A stretch of DNA of 64,000 bases from Candidatus Bathyarchaeota archaeon (GCA_963767735.1 CAVYES010000006.1:160001-224000), one strand, 5' to 3'; positions 43,642 through 54,499 are shown, counted from the stretch's first letter. Program-made: numbers and translations. Notes: generated from the sequence alone by a model not told the origin.

Positions 43642-44553
43642 TTAAATTTTGATGCCTTGTGTTGGGTCTTCGATTACTTTTTGGAACTCCGCCATGAGCT
43701 TCTTTGTGATTGGTCCGGGTTTGCCTGTGCCGATTTGGCGTTTGTTGACTTCTCGTATGGGCACCATTTCCATTGCTGTTCCAGTGAAGAAGGCTTCGTC
43801 AGCAGTGAACACCATAAACGGCGTTAGGTTGGTTACTGTTAGTTTTATGCCAAGTTTTGCCGCAATTTTCTCTGTGACTTCAGCGGTGATGCCTGCAAGG
43901 GCGCCTGTTGAGGTAGGCGGGGTTAATAATTCGCCGTTTTTCACGATGAAAATGTTTTCGCCTACGCCTTCAGCTACGCAACCGTTGCTTTCAAGGCAGA
44001 TGGCTTCGTCCACGCCGTTTGCGTTTGCCTCGATTTTTGCCAGGACGCTGTTTAGGTAGTTGAGTGATTTTATTTCGTGCGAGGTTGCGTCCACGGGGTT
44101 TCGTCTCACCCACGAGAACATCGTGGTGATTCCGTTCTCTTTCGCACCAGTTACATGCAGCACAATTTTGTCGGTTATGATTATTACTGAGGGTTTGGGG
44201 CATTTGCGCGGGTCCAATCCAAGGTCGCCGACGCCTCTGGTAACTACTAAGCGAATGTATGAGTCTTTCAGCTTGTTTTTTCGCAGGGTTTCAACGACGG
44301 CTTGGGTCATTTCCTCTTTAGTTAAGGGAATCTTCAGCATCAGCACGTGTGCTGAACGGTACAGGCGGTCAATGTGCTCTTTAAGTTTAAAGACAACGCA
44401 GTTGTATTCGCGGATTCCCTCAAAAACGCCGTCGCCGTAGAGGAGTCCATGGTCAAACACGGATATTTTAGCCTCTGATTTAGGATAATATTCGCCGTCA
44501 ACGTAAACTACCAATTCACTCCATACGTTCTCACTCGTCACTAGCTGTTTCAT
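43642..44553 (-). CDS. ilvE: branched-chain amino acid aminotransferase
   Basis: YGDGVFEG, KSLNYL, EGVGEN, LAGIT, TGTA. Confidence 0.96.
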   Translation of the reverse strand: MKQLVTSENVWSELVVYVDGEYYPKSEAKISVFDHGLLYGDGVFEGIREYNCVVFKLKEHIDRLYRSAHVLMLKIPLTKEEMTQAVVETLRKNKLKDSYIRLVVTRGVGDLGLDPRKCPKPSVIIITDKIVLHVTGAKENGITTMFSWVRRNPVDATSHEIKSLNYLNSVLAKIEANANGVDEAICLESNGCVAEGVGENIFIVKNGELLTPPTSTGALAGITAEVTEKIAAKLGIKLTVTNLTPFMVFTADEAFFTGTAMEMVPIREVNKRQIGTGKPGPITKKLMAEFQKVIEDPTQGIKI

Positions 44554-44605
44554 ATTATTCGATTATTTGATATAGTTTACGTCAATGATACGTATAATTC
44601 GTTTA

Positions 44606-46507
44606 TCAACCGTGAAACTGTGGTCTTTTGGATAGGTAAAGCGGCAGCGGCAAAGGCTTGAAAGGTTTGCCAGCGATTTTCTCAGACACTTTCGCTATTA
44701 ACTGTTCAGTGGTCATGTTTAGCTGTTGACCCTTAAGCTCACGGTCACGAACCGAAAGCATCCCTGACTCAACTTCTTTTTCGCCGACAACAACAATGTA
44801 TGGAACCCATTCCTGCTCGGCTTCACGGATCTTCTTCTGCAACGTCGATGCGCTATCGTCAATGTCAACGCGGATGCAGTGAGACGCAATTTGCTTGGCA
44901 AGTTCCTCCAGCTTATCCAGAAACTTGTCTGATATTGGAATAAGCCTCACCTGCGTTGGGGAAAGCCAAAGCGGAAGCATCGGTGCTTTACCCGCCATCT
45001 GTTCACGGTAAGCCTTCTCCAGCAGCGCGTAGATGTCTCGTTCGATGGCGCCGCTCGGGCTGAACAGTGCAGAATCAGCGGGTACTGTTTTTCGCCTTTC
45101 TCGTCAACATAGGTTATTTCGTAGCGTTTGGCGTTTTCCACGTCGATTTGGTCTGTTGCTCAGTGCAGCGGCTTTGTCTTGGTTGTCGACGAAGTTGAGG
45201 TCCCATTTGAGCACGAAGTAGAAGAAGCGTTCGTTCCATACTTCAGCCAGCATAGGTTTGCCATATGCTTTTGCGATTTCAGTGATGAACTCTTTATGTT
45301 CATCGTAGAAGCTTCTTGTGAAGCGCATGGCTATTTCGTAGTCATCTTTTACAAGTCCAATGTTGCCTAGAACGTCTATGCAGAGGTTAAAGCGAACCAT
45401 GAATTCTTTCTTTGCTTGATCAAGGTCAGCGCACAAGGCATGGCAGTCCGGCATTGTAAAGGCTCTTAGGCGTTTTAAGCCAACAACTTCGCCGCTTTTC
45501 TCGCGCCTAAAACTGTAACGCGTCAACTCGTAGAGTTTGATAGGTAGCTGTTTGTAGCTTATTTGAGCGTCGTGAGCCATGAGGAATTGGCCGAAGCATG
45601 CGGCAAAACGCAGGAAAAGCTCTTTATCTTCAGATTTAAGCGTGTACTGGCGCGCTGGGAAACGGTTTAAGTAGCTTTTGAGGCTAGGATGGTTGAAGTC
45701 ATACATGATGGGTGTTTCAACTTCCATGCCGCCGTAAGCAGCCACCCGCAAGGTAACGTATTGCTCCAGCAGAGACTTAATCATGCGTCCTTTGGGGTAC
45801 CACCGAATGTTGCCCGGGTCACTTCCCGGCTCATAATCCGCTATTTCCAGCCTCTTCATCAAAGGCACATGCGGAGGCATCTGAGTCACTGCCCGAGCCT
45901 TCTTAATTTCATACTGAGAAAACTTTTGCAGATTAGTATGTCCTTTGAATTTGAATTCTTCAATCGGCACCAGTGAGCCGTCAGGCAAAAGAACATGCCA
46001 GAAAGACTGCATTTTATCCTCAGCTTTCAACGCTGCCGAAACAGGTTCTTCCTCTTTTTTGCATACGCCCTCAGCTTTCGCCTCGGATTCAATTGGCGTT
46101 GGCGCGTAGGAACGTGCTTGTTCAGCAAGCGGGTGCCCCTTTATGGAGATGGTGAATTGCTTGTTCCAGCCAAATGGAGCGCGGTACGTTTCGATTCCTT
46201 TTTCTTTAGCGTAGGCTTCCATGGCTTTTATGGTTTTGAGGGCTTCGCTTGGGTTGCTGAGGTTGCTGCTTAAATGAGCAAAGGGGTAAATTAGGATGCG
46301 GTTGGTTTTCTGTTTACCCAGAAAAGCCCGGATATCGTCGACGGCTTTCTGCGCCGTCTGAATGTTGTCGCCTTCTTCTACGGCGACGAATAGTACTACG
46401 ACTTCCTCTATGCGGGTTTCTTTTTGTTCCGCTTCTTCGGCAATAGTAATTTCTTTTTGGACGGGTTTGAAAACTATAAAGTTAGAGTGTAATTGAAGTA
46501 TTCGCAT
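44606..46507 (-). CDS. thrS: threonine-tRNA ligase, archaeal type with N-terminal editing domain, two frameshifts
   Basis: [39 protein letters not shown]. Confidence 0.95.
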
Positions 46508-46519
46508 AGCATATCACTC

Positions 46520-46729
46520 TTATGGGTGACCGTAACGCCACTTATCAATCGTTTTGTCTTTTTTCGTCTTTTTCTTGTATTCTTTATAGTGCTCTTTGCA
46601 AATGTAGGCACGCTTTTCTTTGCTGCTAACGCTCAAAACAGCTTTGGCTTTGTCAACAGATATTGAACGGGCAGCTTCCCTGCCGCAGCCTGACACACTG
46701 CATTTAACTCCCTTTTCCACGCGACCCAC
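46520..46729 (-). CDS. small basic zinc-binding protein
   Basis: CSVSGC...YICKEHYK; GTG start at 46729 preferred. Confidence 0.75.
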   Translation of the reverse strand: MGRVEKGVKCSVSGCGREAARSISVDKAKAVLSVSSKEKRAYICKEHYKEYKKKTKKDKTIDKWRYGHP

Positions 46730-46771
46730 AGTTAAAGCCTCATGCATTTTAGTTTACTACGTAAATATACA

Positions 46772-47695
46772 CTATTGCTTAAGTTCCTTTTCATACAAGG
46801 TTTTGGCTCTCCGATAAATTTCTTCTTTCGTGCCGAAATAAGTCGGCCCGATTCCTTCAACGACCAACGAAGCCGCCGCTGATCCGACGCAAGCACACCA
46901 CACCGAGTCTTTTTGGCGAAGGTACTCATTTAAGAAGCCGCCCATGAAAACGTCCCCTGCGCCTGTTGGGTCAACTACAACTTGTGAAGGACAAGCAGCA
47001 ATATTGAATTGAGCTCCCTCAACTGAGAGCACGGACCCTTTAGTGCCCATGGTGACGATGACGGTTTCAACCCCAACGTCGTGGATCGCCTTTATCGCTG
47101 CCTTCAATTCGGGTTCGCCCGTCAACGTGTAGATTTCGTTCAGTGATGACTTGTAAATGTTGATTAAACTAAATATCCTCGTGTCTAAGGAAGCGTTTTC
47201 TGTCACATTTCCTGCTTCGTCGAAGCTTCGAAGTAAACCCTGGGGATCAAGCGATAAAACTTCAGCGCAATGCTTGAGGTGCTCAACTACTTCGAACGAT
47301 ACTTCGTTAGCAATAGGGGCAATATGAATAGCTTTAGCCTGCAAATCAACTGGCACATCTGCCAAGCATATCGGGGAGCCTTTACTTTTCAATTTCAGCA
47401 CTCTTTCAGACAAATCCGCACTATAACTCAGCTCAAAACTCGTGGTGGATGCATCTTCAAGTTTAGTTACGCCTGAAACGTCGATTCCTTCCTGCCTTAG
47501 CCACCAAAGATAAGCTTCTGGAAAATTCCCGCCCACTTTGGAGATTATAGAAGCCGTTGCTCGCAAACGTTTAGCGGCAAATGAAGTGTACGCGGCAGAT
47601 CCGCCTAAAACAACAAACGGGGTTGTTCTGCTGGGCAACAGAATAGTGTCAATTGAGAGGTGACCAATAATCGCTACATCTACGTTTTGAATCAC
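46772..47695 (-). CDS. PfkB-family carbohydrate/nucleoside kinase
   Basis: GGSAAY, DPQG, DPTGAGD. Confidence 0.92.
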   Translation of the reverse strand: MIQNVDVAIIGHLSIDTILLPSRTTPFVVLGGSAAYTSFAAKRLRATASIISKVGGNFPEAYLWWLRQEGIDVSGVTKLEDASTTSFELSYSADLSERVLKLKSKGSPICLADVPVDLQAKAIHIAPIANEVSFEVVEHLKHCAEVLSLDPQGLLRSFDEAGNVTENASLDTRIFSLINIYKSSLNEIYTLTGEPELKAAIKAIHDVGVETVIVTMGTKGSVLSVEGAQFNIAACPSQVVVDPTGAGDVFMGGFLNEYLRQKDSVWCACVGSAAASLVVEGIGPTYFGTKEEIYRRAKTLYEKELKQ

Positions 47696-47754
47696 TGCCC
47701 AGCTCCCTTCATGACTAATAGGACATCGATGAGATATAAATAAAGATTAACAAA

Positions 47755-48135
47755 TCAAGATTGAAGTAGCAGTATAGCTTTCGCCAAATCTCCCTGGCAC
47801 CCTGAAAGAGCCTCTTTCGCCTTCTCTAAACTTTTGCCAGTTTGATCCGCCACCAACCTCACATCCTCCTCAGAAAACGCCGGCTGCACTGCCTTAGCGG
47901 TTTGGCGTTGAGACGAAGCTTGCTCTGAAACTTGACCGCCGATAACCTGATACATTTTTTGCCCTTGCACTTCCAAAATTGCCACTTCGGGTTCATCGAT
48001 AACTATGTCTTTGCCGCTTGTTTTAATCACGACTTGCTGAACGTCGGGAACCGAATCCATGTTCATTCCCATACGTTGCATCATTCGTTTTTGCTCCCTA
48101 GGATTCATACGTTTATGCGTAACCTTCACATCCAC
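47755..48135 (-). CDS. nac: nascent polypeptide-associated complex protein
   Basis: MNPR..MMQRMGM, EEDVRLVA, GDLAKAI. Confidence 0.93.
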   Translation of the reverse strand: MDVKVTHKRMNPREQKRMMQRMGMNMDSVPDVQQVVIKTSGKDIVIDEPEVAILEVQGQKMYQVIGGQVSEQASSQRQTAKAVQPAFSEEDVRLVADQTGKSLEKAKEALSGCQGDLAKAILLLQS

Positions 48136-48328
48136 CCAAGTATTCTACAGTAGAACTTCATAAACTTAACTTTCCTAAGCTGCCTTATCTGGGGAAAAAC
48201 AAAATTCAAACATAAATCAATCAAGGTGAACCTTACAGATTTTACTTCTTTATCTTAACGATGATAAAATTGGTACAGTTCTGGGGGAAAATTTAAGAGA
48301 AACCTAAACACCATTAAGGAACAAACTA

Positions 48329-49411
48329 TTGGTGGATAATGTGTATTGTCAAAATTGTGGTGCTCAACTCCCGGACGGCACAGCGTTCTGCAGTAAATGT
48401 GGAAAAAGCACGTCATTAAACGCTTCTAAGCCAACTTCGACGGCATCTGCCGGACCAGTGATTGCGCCTTCTGGAGTAGCATCGTTGAAGTGCCCTAGTT
48501 GCGGTGCGCCTATCGCGCCTAAGTTTGGGGAGATGGTTATAACTTGCCAATATTGTGGCAGCGGAGTTACCTTGGGAAGTCAAGGTTGGACTAACCTGCA
48601 GAAGCAGACAGTGCTCACCTTGAAGGTTGCAAACGTTGACCAAGCGAAAGCAATAATCAAACCTTTAGTGAACAAGGGTCTTTTGAACAGGCACCGCCTT
48701 GAGGACTCCAAGGAGGAGGAAATGAGCCTCACCTACGTGCCTTACTGGATAGTTAGCGTTTCTGCCCGCACAAGCATCACTGTTCCAAATCAAACCGCAC
48801 AGCTTGCACAGACCGCCACAAGCGCCGCGTTGATGGGCGTGATACTGGGCGGGTTGGCTGGCGGAGGAGGAGGCGGAGGAAGACGGGGCGGCGGCAGGGG
48901 AGGTAGACGCGCTTATGAAGGAGAATTTAGAGTAAGCGACTCGTTTGCCGGCATTCTTGGGTTGAAGCGGATAAGAATAATGGCTTTCGGAATGGGAATG
49001 GGCCGAGGCGGAGGACAAGGAAAAGCAGAGCAGATGGATGAGAACTATAATTTTCCTGTGATTGCGCTAAAGGCTATGCCTGATTATCAGCCACGAGACT
49101 TCCAGTTTAATCTCGAAGGCAGAGAACTGTTTGACATTTCTAAGCTACCTAAAAGCGTTAAAATCCTCAACGGCGACATCAGCGAAGACGGAGCTAAATC
49201 TCAAGCAAAAACGCTGGTTGATCAACTTCAATCACAAAAGGCACATGCAAAATATCAAACAATCTCGTCGATAAAAACTGATTGTGACGTTGGCGATGTA
49301 GAGTTGCTTCACGTTCCAGTATGGTTCGCAAAGTACGACCACAAAGGAAAAAAGATTGTGCTGGTTATCGACGCTAACTCTGGCAGAGTAATCAACAGCC
49401 TCGGACTATAA
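48329..49411 (+). CDS. double zinc-ribbon protein with Gly/Arg-rich insert
   Basis: CQNC/CSKC, CPSC/CQYC, YVPYW, HVPVW, IDANSG. Confidence 0.8.
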   Translation: MVDNVYCQNCGAQLPDGTAFCSKCGKSTSLNASKPTSTASAGPVIAPSGVASLKCPSCGAPIAPKFGEMVITCQYCGSGVTLGSQGWTNLQKQTVLTLKVANVDQAKAIIKPLVNKGLLNRHRLEDSKEEEMSLTYVPYWIVSVSARTSITVPNQTAQLAQTATSAALMGVILGGLAGGGGGGGRRGGGRGGRRAYEGEFRVSDSFAGILGLKRIRIMAFGMGMGRGGGQGKAEQMDENYNFPVIALKAMPDYQPRDFQFNLEGRELFDISKLPKSVKILNGDISEDGAKSQAKTLVDQLQSQKAHAKYQTISSIKTDCDVGDVELLHVPVWFAKYDHKGKKIVLVIDANSGRVINSLGL

Positions 49412-49459
49412 CACCGCTGTTTACAGATGTCTGCTTATTGAAAAGCTCCAGCTAAACGT

Positions 49460-49493
49460 AGAAGAAGAAAAATGGTTTTTTCGGTCTTCTTCT
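49460..49493. terminator. inverted repeat between convergent genes
   Basis: AGAAGAAGA...TCTTCTTCT followed by a T-run. Confidence 0.3.
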
Positions 49494-49501
49494 TTTGATG
49501 T

Positions 49502-49969
49502 TCAACTTTCCCTGCAGCCATGCCGCACCTTAACGGCTACGCCTGTTTTAAAAGCAGTCATCTCCACGCTTGAAAGCAAAGCGCGCCCAACAGCCAAAAC
49601 GTTTCCTGCCTCGTCTTCGACAACCACTTCCTCTTTGGCGCGAATTTCATCGTCAACTTTGACCACATGAACGGCAAAAACATCGCCGCCCTGGGCGATG
49701 AACTTTGAAACGCCGTTTTGCACCGTCACGAAGCATGGGGTGGAAGACAAATTTTCAGCTATAAACTTGGCTGCTTTGATGCTGAGTGAAAGCATCCCAT
49801 CGGTGGGGCGCAACGTGGCTAATCTTTCGCCGTTTAAGTTAATGAAGCGTATTCTGCCTGTTCGCGGTGAAAGCTGTATTTCAACGTTTTCTGGGAACAG
49901 TTTTTCGCCGACTCCTTTTCCAAACTGGTAGTCGGCAATTGTCCTTACTTTGCCAAGTATGTTCTCCAC
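49502..49969 (-). CDS. PUA-domain RNA-binding protein (TGT C-terminal-like)
   Basis: IADYQFG, DVFAVHV, AVGRA, AVKVRHG. Confidence 0.88.
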   Translation of the reverse strand: MENILGKVRTIADYQFGKGVGEKLFPENVEIQLSPRTGRIRFINLNGERLATLRPTDGMLSLSIKAAKFIAENLSSTPCFVTVQNGVSKFIAQGGDVFAVHVVKVDDEIRAKEEVVVEDEAGNVLAVGRALLSSVEMTAFKTGVAVKVRHGCRES

Positions 49970-50051
49970 GTTTTCACCATCGTTTGCTTTTTGTTTTCGA
50001 CAAGTATAAACATAACAAGATAATAAAGAAAGTGAAAGGTGAAAGTTTACA

Positions 50052-50582
50052 TTGAGATGTGAAGTCTGCGGACACAAAATTCATGATGAACCAATAACGG
50101 CAGTAATTGAAGGAGCCAGACTAACCGTATGCGTGGAGTGCTCAAAGCATGGTAAAATAATCCATCAAGAAGAGGTAGCTGTTCCTCAAAAAAACCTCAA
50201 AAAATCACAGGTTCCTGTTTCCATGGTTCAAAGAAAACCTGTTGTTGCTAAAGTGGAAATCACACAGGAAATCACCGAGGACTATGCGACTAAAATACGT
50301 GTGGCTCGGGAAAAGCTGGGTCTTACCCATGAGGAGCTGGGCAAGAAAATAAACGAGAAGGCTTCAGTTTTAAGAAATCTTGAAGTTGGCAAAATGTCTC
50401 CAAACAACCAGTTAGCCTCAAAGCTTGAGCACATGTTAAAAATCAAGCTGCTTGTTCCCATCTCAGAAGAAAAAGTTCCCCCTCCAACCTCAAAATCCGC
50501 CAACCAAGAAATAACCTTGGGAGACCTCATCGAGATAGACAGTAAAGACGAGGAGGCGGCTGCCAAACGAAAGCCGTCATAG
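50052..50582 (+). CDS. mbf1: archaeal multiprotein bridging factor aMBF1
   Basis: CEVCG...VCVEC ribbon, HTH, TLGD. Confidence 0.93.
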   Translation: MRCEVCGHKIHDEPITAVIEGARLTVCVECSKHGKIIHQEEVAVPQKNLKKSQVPVSMVQRKPVVAKVEITQEITEDYATKIRVAREKLGLTHEELGKKINEKASVLRNLEVGKMSPNNQLASKLEHMLKIKLLVPISEEKVPPPTSKSANQEITLGDLIEIDSKDEEAAAKRKPS

Positions 50583-51838
50583 TTCAGCGTAGGCTGAACC
50601 GTGAAGAGTCAAGTTTAGATGAGCTTAAAAGATTAGCAGAAGCGGCCGGATACACTGTAGTCGCCACATTGGAACAAACCCGACCGCCAGATGCACGGTA
50701 TCAAATAGGCGCTGGAAAAGTCGAAGAACTCACCCAGATGGTGGATGAAACAGGCGCTCAAAAAGTAATTTTTGACAACCAACTGAAAACTCGCCAAACC
50801 TACAATCTGGCAAAAGCAACCCATGTTGAAGTCATTGATCGATTTCAGCTTATACTTGAGCTCTTCAATAGGAGAGCGACTACAACTGAAGCCCAACTTC
50901 AGATTCAGTTGGCTACACTGCGAAATGAACTCAAGCATGCCAGGGAAAAAGTACGATTAGCGAAAGGAAGCGAGCAGCCTGGTTTTATGGGCCTTGGAGC
51001 ATACGAAGCAGACGTCTATCGTGATGCCATAAAGCGGCAGGTCCAAACCATTCTCCAGAAACTTGAAAAAATTCGCGAAAAAAGGGTTCTGCATCGGGAG
51101 CGGCGAACAGAGCTTGGCTTATTGACTATTTCGCTTGCCGGATACACGAAGTCGGGAAAAAGCTCTTTGTTTAATGCTTTAACCGAAGAAACCGTCGAAG
51201 TTGACAAAGCATTATTCACCACTCTTTCCACAACCACGCGGATGGTAGAGTTTTCGAACCGCAAGTTTCTTTTAACCGATACCGTTGGCTTCATTGACCG
51301 TTTACCCATATCGCTGATTGAAGCGTTTCATTCTACTCTTGAAGAAACAATTTTTTCAGACCTAATAATACTAATGTTAGATTTAAGTGAGCCAATAGAA
51401 AAAATTGAAAAGAAACTCAATGTTTGCAATGAAACAATCGACCGTCTTGGAGCATCAGGTATACCAACCATAACTGCTCTAAACAAAATTGACTTAATTA
51501 ACGAAGCTGAAGTAAATCAAAAACTCGAAGCCCTCAAAGACAAAATTAAGAAGCCGATTCTCATGTCAGCAAAATGCAGAACAAACCTCGATCTGCTGAG
51601 AGAGGAAATACTGAGAATTCTGGAAAAATATGTTCAAGCCCAGTTTTCGGTTCCGCTAACCAACAGTGCCATGCCGTTTATTTCTTGGGTTCATGGAAAA
51701 ACAGAAGTCAAAAAAGAAGACTACACCAACGATTCAATCCAAGTGGTCTTTGAAGCTACCCCCGAGTTAACTGAGCAAGTGAGAAGAAAAGTGGAAGAGT
51801 TAAATGGCAAATTCACAACCAACCCAAAAACCAAGTGA
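50560..51838 (+). CDS. hflX: GTPase HflX
   Basis: GYTKSGKS, FTTL, DTVG, NKID. The homologous frame extends upstream of 50669 (LDELKRLAEAAGY); the start is uncertain (CTG at 50560 after GAGGAGG would need a 1-nt shift). Confidence 0.92.
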
Positions 51839-52391
51839 CCCGCCCAAAATCGTGGTTTTAAGATGGGGGCACAGACCGCAGCGGGATGTGCGGTTAACTA
51901 CTCATGTCGCTTTAACTGCCCGGGCACTTTGCGCTTCAGGCTTTATACTTTCAGACGTAGAAGACTCAAGTATAGAGCAAACGGTAAAGAAGATAACCGC
52001 GCGTTGGGGCGGCACTTTCCAGTTTGAAATGGGCACTCTATGGAAAACCGTTATTCGCAACTGGAAAGCAAACGGCGGCGTCATCGTTCATTTAACGGCT
52101 TACGGCGAAAACATCCAAACAAGCGACGCTCTAAACAGAATAAAAAATTTAAACAAAGATGTCTTAGTCCTTGTTGGAAGCCAGAAAGTTCCAGGCGAAT
52201 TCTACTCAAGGGACGTATCAGACTTCAACGTCTCCATCGGGAATCAACCCCATTCAGAATGCTCAGCGCTTGCAATATTTTTGGACAGGTTTTTTGAGGG
52301 TAAAGAGCTTTCAAAGGATTTTGAAAAAGCCAAAATACGGATTGTTCCACAAGAAAGGGGAAAAGAAATCAAAACCGATGATGAATTTTAA
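51804..52391 (+). CDS. trm56: tRNA (cytidine56-2'-O)-methyltransferase
   Basis: GHRPQRDVRLTTH, HLTAYG, VGSQKVP, NQPHSE. Confidence 0.95.
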   Translation: MANSQPTQKPSDPPKIVVLRWGHRPQRDVRLTTHVALTARALCASGFILSDVEDSSIEQTVKKITARWGGTFQFEMGTLWKTVIRNWKANGGVIVHLTAYGENIQTSDALNRIKNLNKDVLVLVGSQKVPGEFYSRDVSDFNVSIGNQPHSECSALAIFLDRFFEGKELSKDFEKAKIRIVPQERGKEIKTDDEF

Positions 52392-52457
52392 TTTAAAAAG
52401 TAAGAAGAGTTTTATGGCAGCATGTTCCAATATTAGGGTATTAAAGGAACATAGAGT

Positions 52458-52970
52458 ATGTTATCGACTATTGATGATGCAACTTTAATTAAAGTAGCTA
52501 TGGCTTTAGGTGATGAAGAAGCTGTCCGATTAATTGAGTTCCTCAAAGGCGTAGAAGAAATAACGGACGACGAAATCGCCAACAAAACGGGTATCCGTCT
52601 AAACACCGTCCGCAAAATCCTCTACAAACTCTACGATCATTCGCTTGTAAGCCTCCGAAGAACACGGGACCCAAAAACAGGCTGGTTTATTTTTCACTGG
52701 AGACTTCAACCAGACCAGCTGGAAGGCTTTATTTTAAGCCAAAAACGTAGGGTTCTAGAGAAGCTAAATGTCCGCTTAGAATACGAAAAGAACCATGACT
52801 TCTACTATTGCGGCAGCCCAGAATGCAAACGAGTGCCTTTTGAAGAGGCTGTTGAACTAGTTTTTCACTGTTCCACCTGCAGCAAACCACTGGTGCATTC
52901 TGCAAACGAAAAAATGATAAGCAAACTATCTGAGAAAGTTGATACTTTAAGGAAGGAACTTGGTGAGTAA
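52458..52970 (+). CDS. tfe: transcription factor E (alpha)
   Basis: TDDEIA, VRKILYKL, GWFIFHW, zinc ribbon. Confidence 0.95.
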   Translation: MLSTIDDATLIKVAMALGDEEAVRLIEFLKGVEEITDDEIANKTGIRLNTVRKILYKLYDHSLVSLRRTRDPKTGWFIFHWRLQPDQLEGFILSQKRRVLEKLNVRLEYEKNHDFYYCGSPECKRVPFEEAVELVFHCSTCSKPLVHSANEKMISKLSEKVDTLRKELGE

Positions 52971-53484
52971 AGGGCTTCCTTCAAGGGAGCAAGCAATCGA
53001 GCTTCTACGCAAATACAACTCTTCACCCAAAGTCATCAAGCATTGCGAAGCCGTCGCAGACCTCGCTTTAGAAATCGGAGGCAAACTAGAAAACAAAGGC
53101 ATAACGGTTGACTTAAAACTCGTTGAAGCAGGTGCTCTTTTGCATGATATTGGCCGTTCAAAAAGCCACGCTGTTGACCACGGGGTTGCCGGCGCTAAGA
53201 TAGCTGAATCAGAAGGTTTACCCGAAGCGTTGGCTAGAATAATTAGGCGGCATGTTGGAGGCGGAATCACGGCTCAAGAAGCTGAGATGTTTGGTTGGCC
53301 AAAAGATGTTTATGAACCTGTGACTTTGGAGGAGAAAATTGTTTCCTACGCCGACAAGCTAATTGACGGCTCAAAAATAGTGTCGATTGACTTGGAGATT
53401 GAGCGACTTCAAGTAGAGCATAGGGATGCTGCGGAAAGAGTTAGAAAGCTCCATGAAGAAATAACCCGTCTGCTGGGAGATTAG
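52960..53484 (+). CDS. HD-domain phosphohydrolase
   Basis: HC, LLHDIG, HG, RHVGGG, YADK. Confidence 0.9.
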   Translation: MVSKGLPSREQAIELLRKYNSSPKVIKHCEAVADLALEIGGKLENKGITVDLKLVEAGALLHDIGRSKSHAVDHGVAGAKIAESEGLPEALARIIRRHVGGGITAQEAEMFGWPKDVYEPVTLEEKIVSYADKLIDGSKIVSIDLEIERLQVEHRDAAERVRKLHEEITRLLGD

Positions 53485-53486
53485 AA

Positions 53487-54248
53487 ATGGCTACCTTAAC
53501 TTTGCTGGTTAAAGCTTCCAATGGTGGGCAACTAAAAAAGATTGATGACATGTTGAAATCTGAGTTTGAGAATTTGGATTTAGAAGTAAAAGTTTTAGGC
53601 AACTCCGTTAACAGGTGGGTTCAAGTTTCCTTTTCGGGAGAGGACGAAGTCATAGCTACAAGTTACATCAACAAGAACATAGGCACCTGCCCCGTGAACA
53701 TAAAAAACGTAGACAAATTTTCGGTTTTAAGGGGATACATTTCTAAAGTTGACGCTGACAAACAAGAATTAAAGGTAGATGTAGGCGTCTTTGAGCCAAA
53801 CATAATCCAAGCAACCATTCCTTTAGCTTATTTGCAAGCACAACTTGCAGATGGCAAAAACGTTGATTTAAAGAAAATCTCAGAAGTCTTTGGCTTCTAC
53901 GCGAATTTACCATTAAGCATCAAAATAACTTCCTTAAACGATAAAGATAAGTGGTTGCAATCGGAATTATCGACGGCTCAAATCGAAAAAATCCGTCTGT
54001 GGCATCAATCTCTTTTAGACAGGCTCATTGTGTTGGGTTCATCTATCAGCGAGATCGAGAATGTTCTTGAGCGGACCAGGCTAAACAGGGACGTTATTAG
54101 CACGGAGACGTTAGGGTTATTTGAGCATGCTTTAACCTGTAAACTTGGAACTGACGCGGCTGGTTTAATTCCGAAAATCGGAAGATACATGAAAAACTCA
54201 ACTTTTATTGTTTTTAGTCCAAAGAAGCTTGACAGGATTTATCGGTGA
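53487..54248 (+). CDS. DUF2110-like conserved archaeal protein
   Basis: SGEDE, LGLFEH...CKLGTDAAGLIPKIG; position after tfe and the HD gene. Confidence 0.75.
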   Translation: MATLTLLVKASNGGQLKKIDDMLKSEFENLDLEVKVLGNSVNRWVQVSFSGEDEVIATSYINKNIGTCPVNIKNVDKFSVLRGYISKVDADKQELKVDVGVFEPNIIQATIPLAYLQAQLADGKNVDLKKISEVFGFYANLPLSIKITSLNDKDKWLQSELSTAQIEKIRLWHQSLLDRLIVLGSSISEIENVLERTRLNRDVISTETLGLFEHALTCKLGTDAAGLIPKIGRYMKNSTFIVFSPKKLDRIYR

Positions 54249-54337
54249 GTCGTCATTAAACTTATTAATAATTTCATTACTAGTTATCACAACTATTATC
54301 CGAAAAAAGGATTATAGGAAGAGAGGGATAAGTTCAA

Positions 54338-54499
54338 ATGAGTCAAGGCGACGAAAGAGAGAGAAAAAAATACAGAATTGATATAGGGGCTTATGGCAGC
54401 ATAGGCATTGAAGCGCCAACAAAGAGAGAGTGTTTGGAGCTCTTCAAAGAAGTCACAAGAACTAAACGTGACTCAAGAATAGACGAAGCAATAAGATAA
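54338..54499 (+). CDS. microprotein, 53 aa, not in ORF track
   Basis: MSQGDERERKKYRIDIGAYGSIGIEAPTKRECLELFKEVTRTKRDSRIDEAIR, purine-rich leader. Confidence 0.5.
   Translation: MSQGDERERKKYRIDIGAYGSIGIEAPTKRECLELFKEVTRTKRDSRIDEAIR

Noticed and set aside
18439-46507. Programmed frameshifting, stop-codon recoding or genome decay as the cause of split genes
   Set aside because: Breaks are single-base insertions in varied contexts with no shared slippery motif, no in-frame TAG/TGA and intact motifs; sequencing error is simpler.
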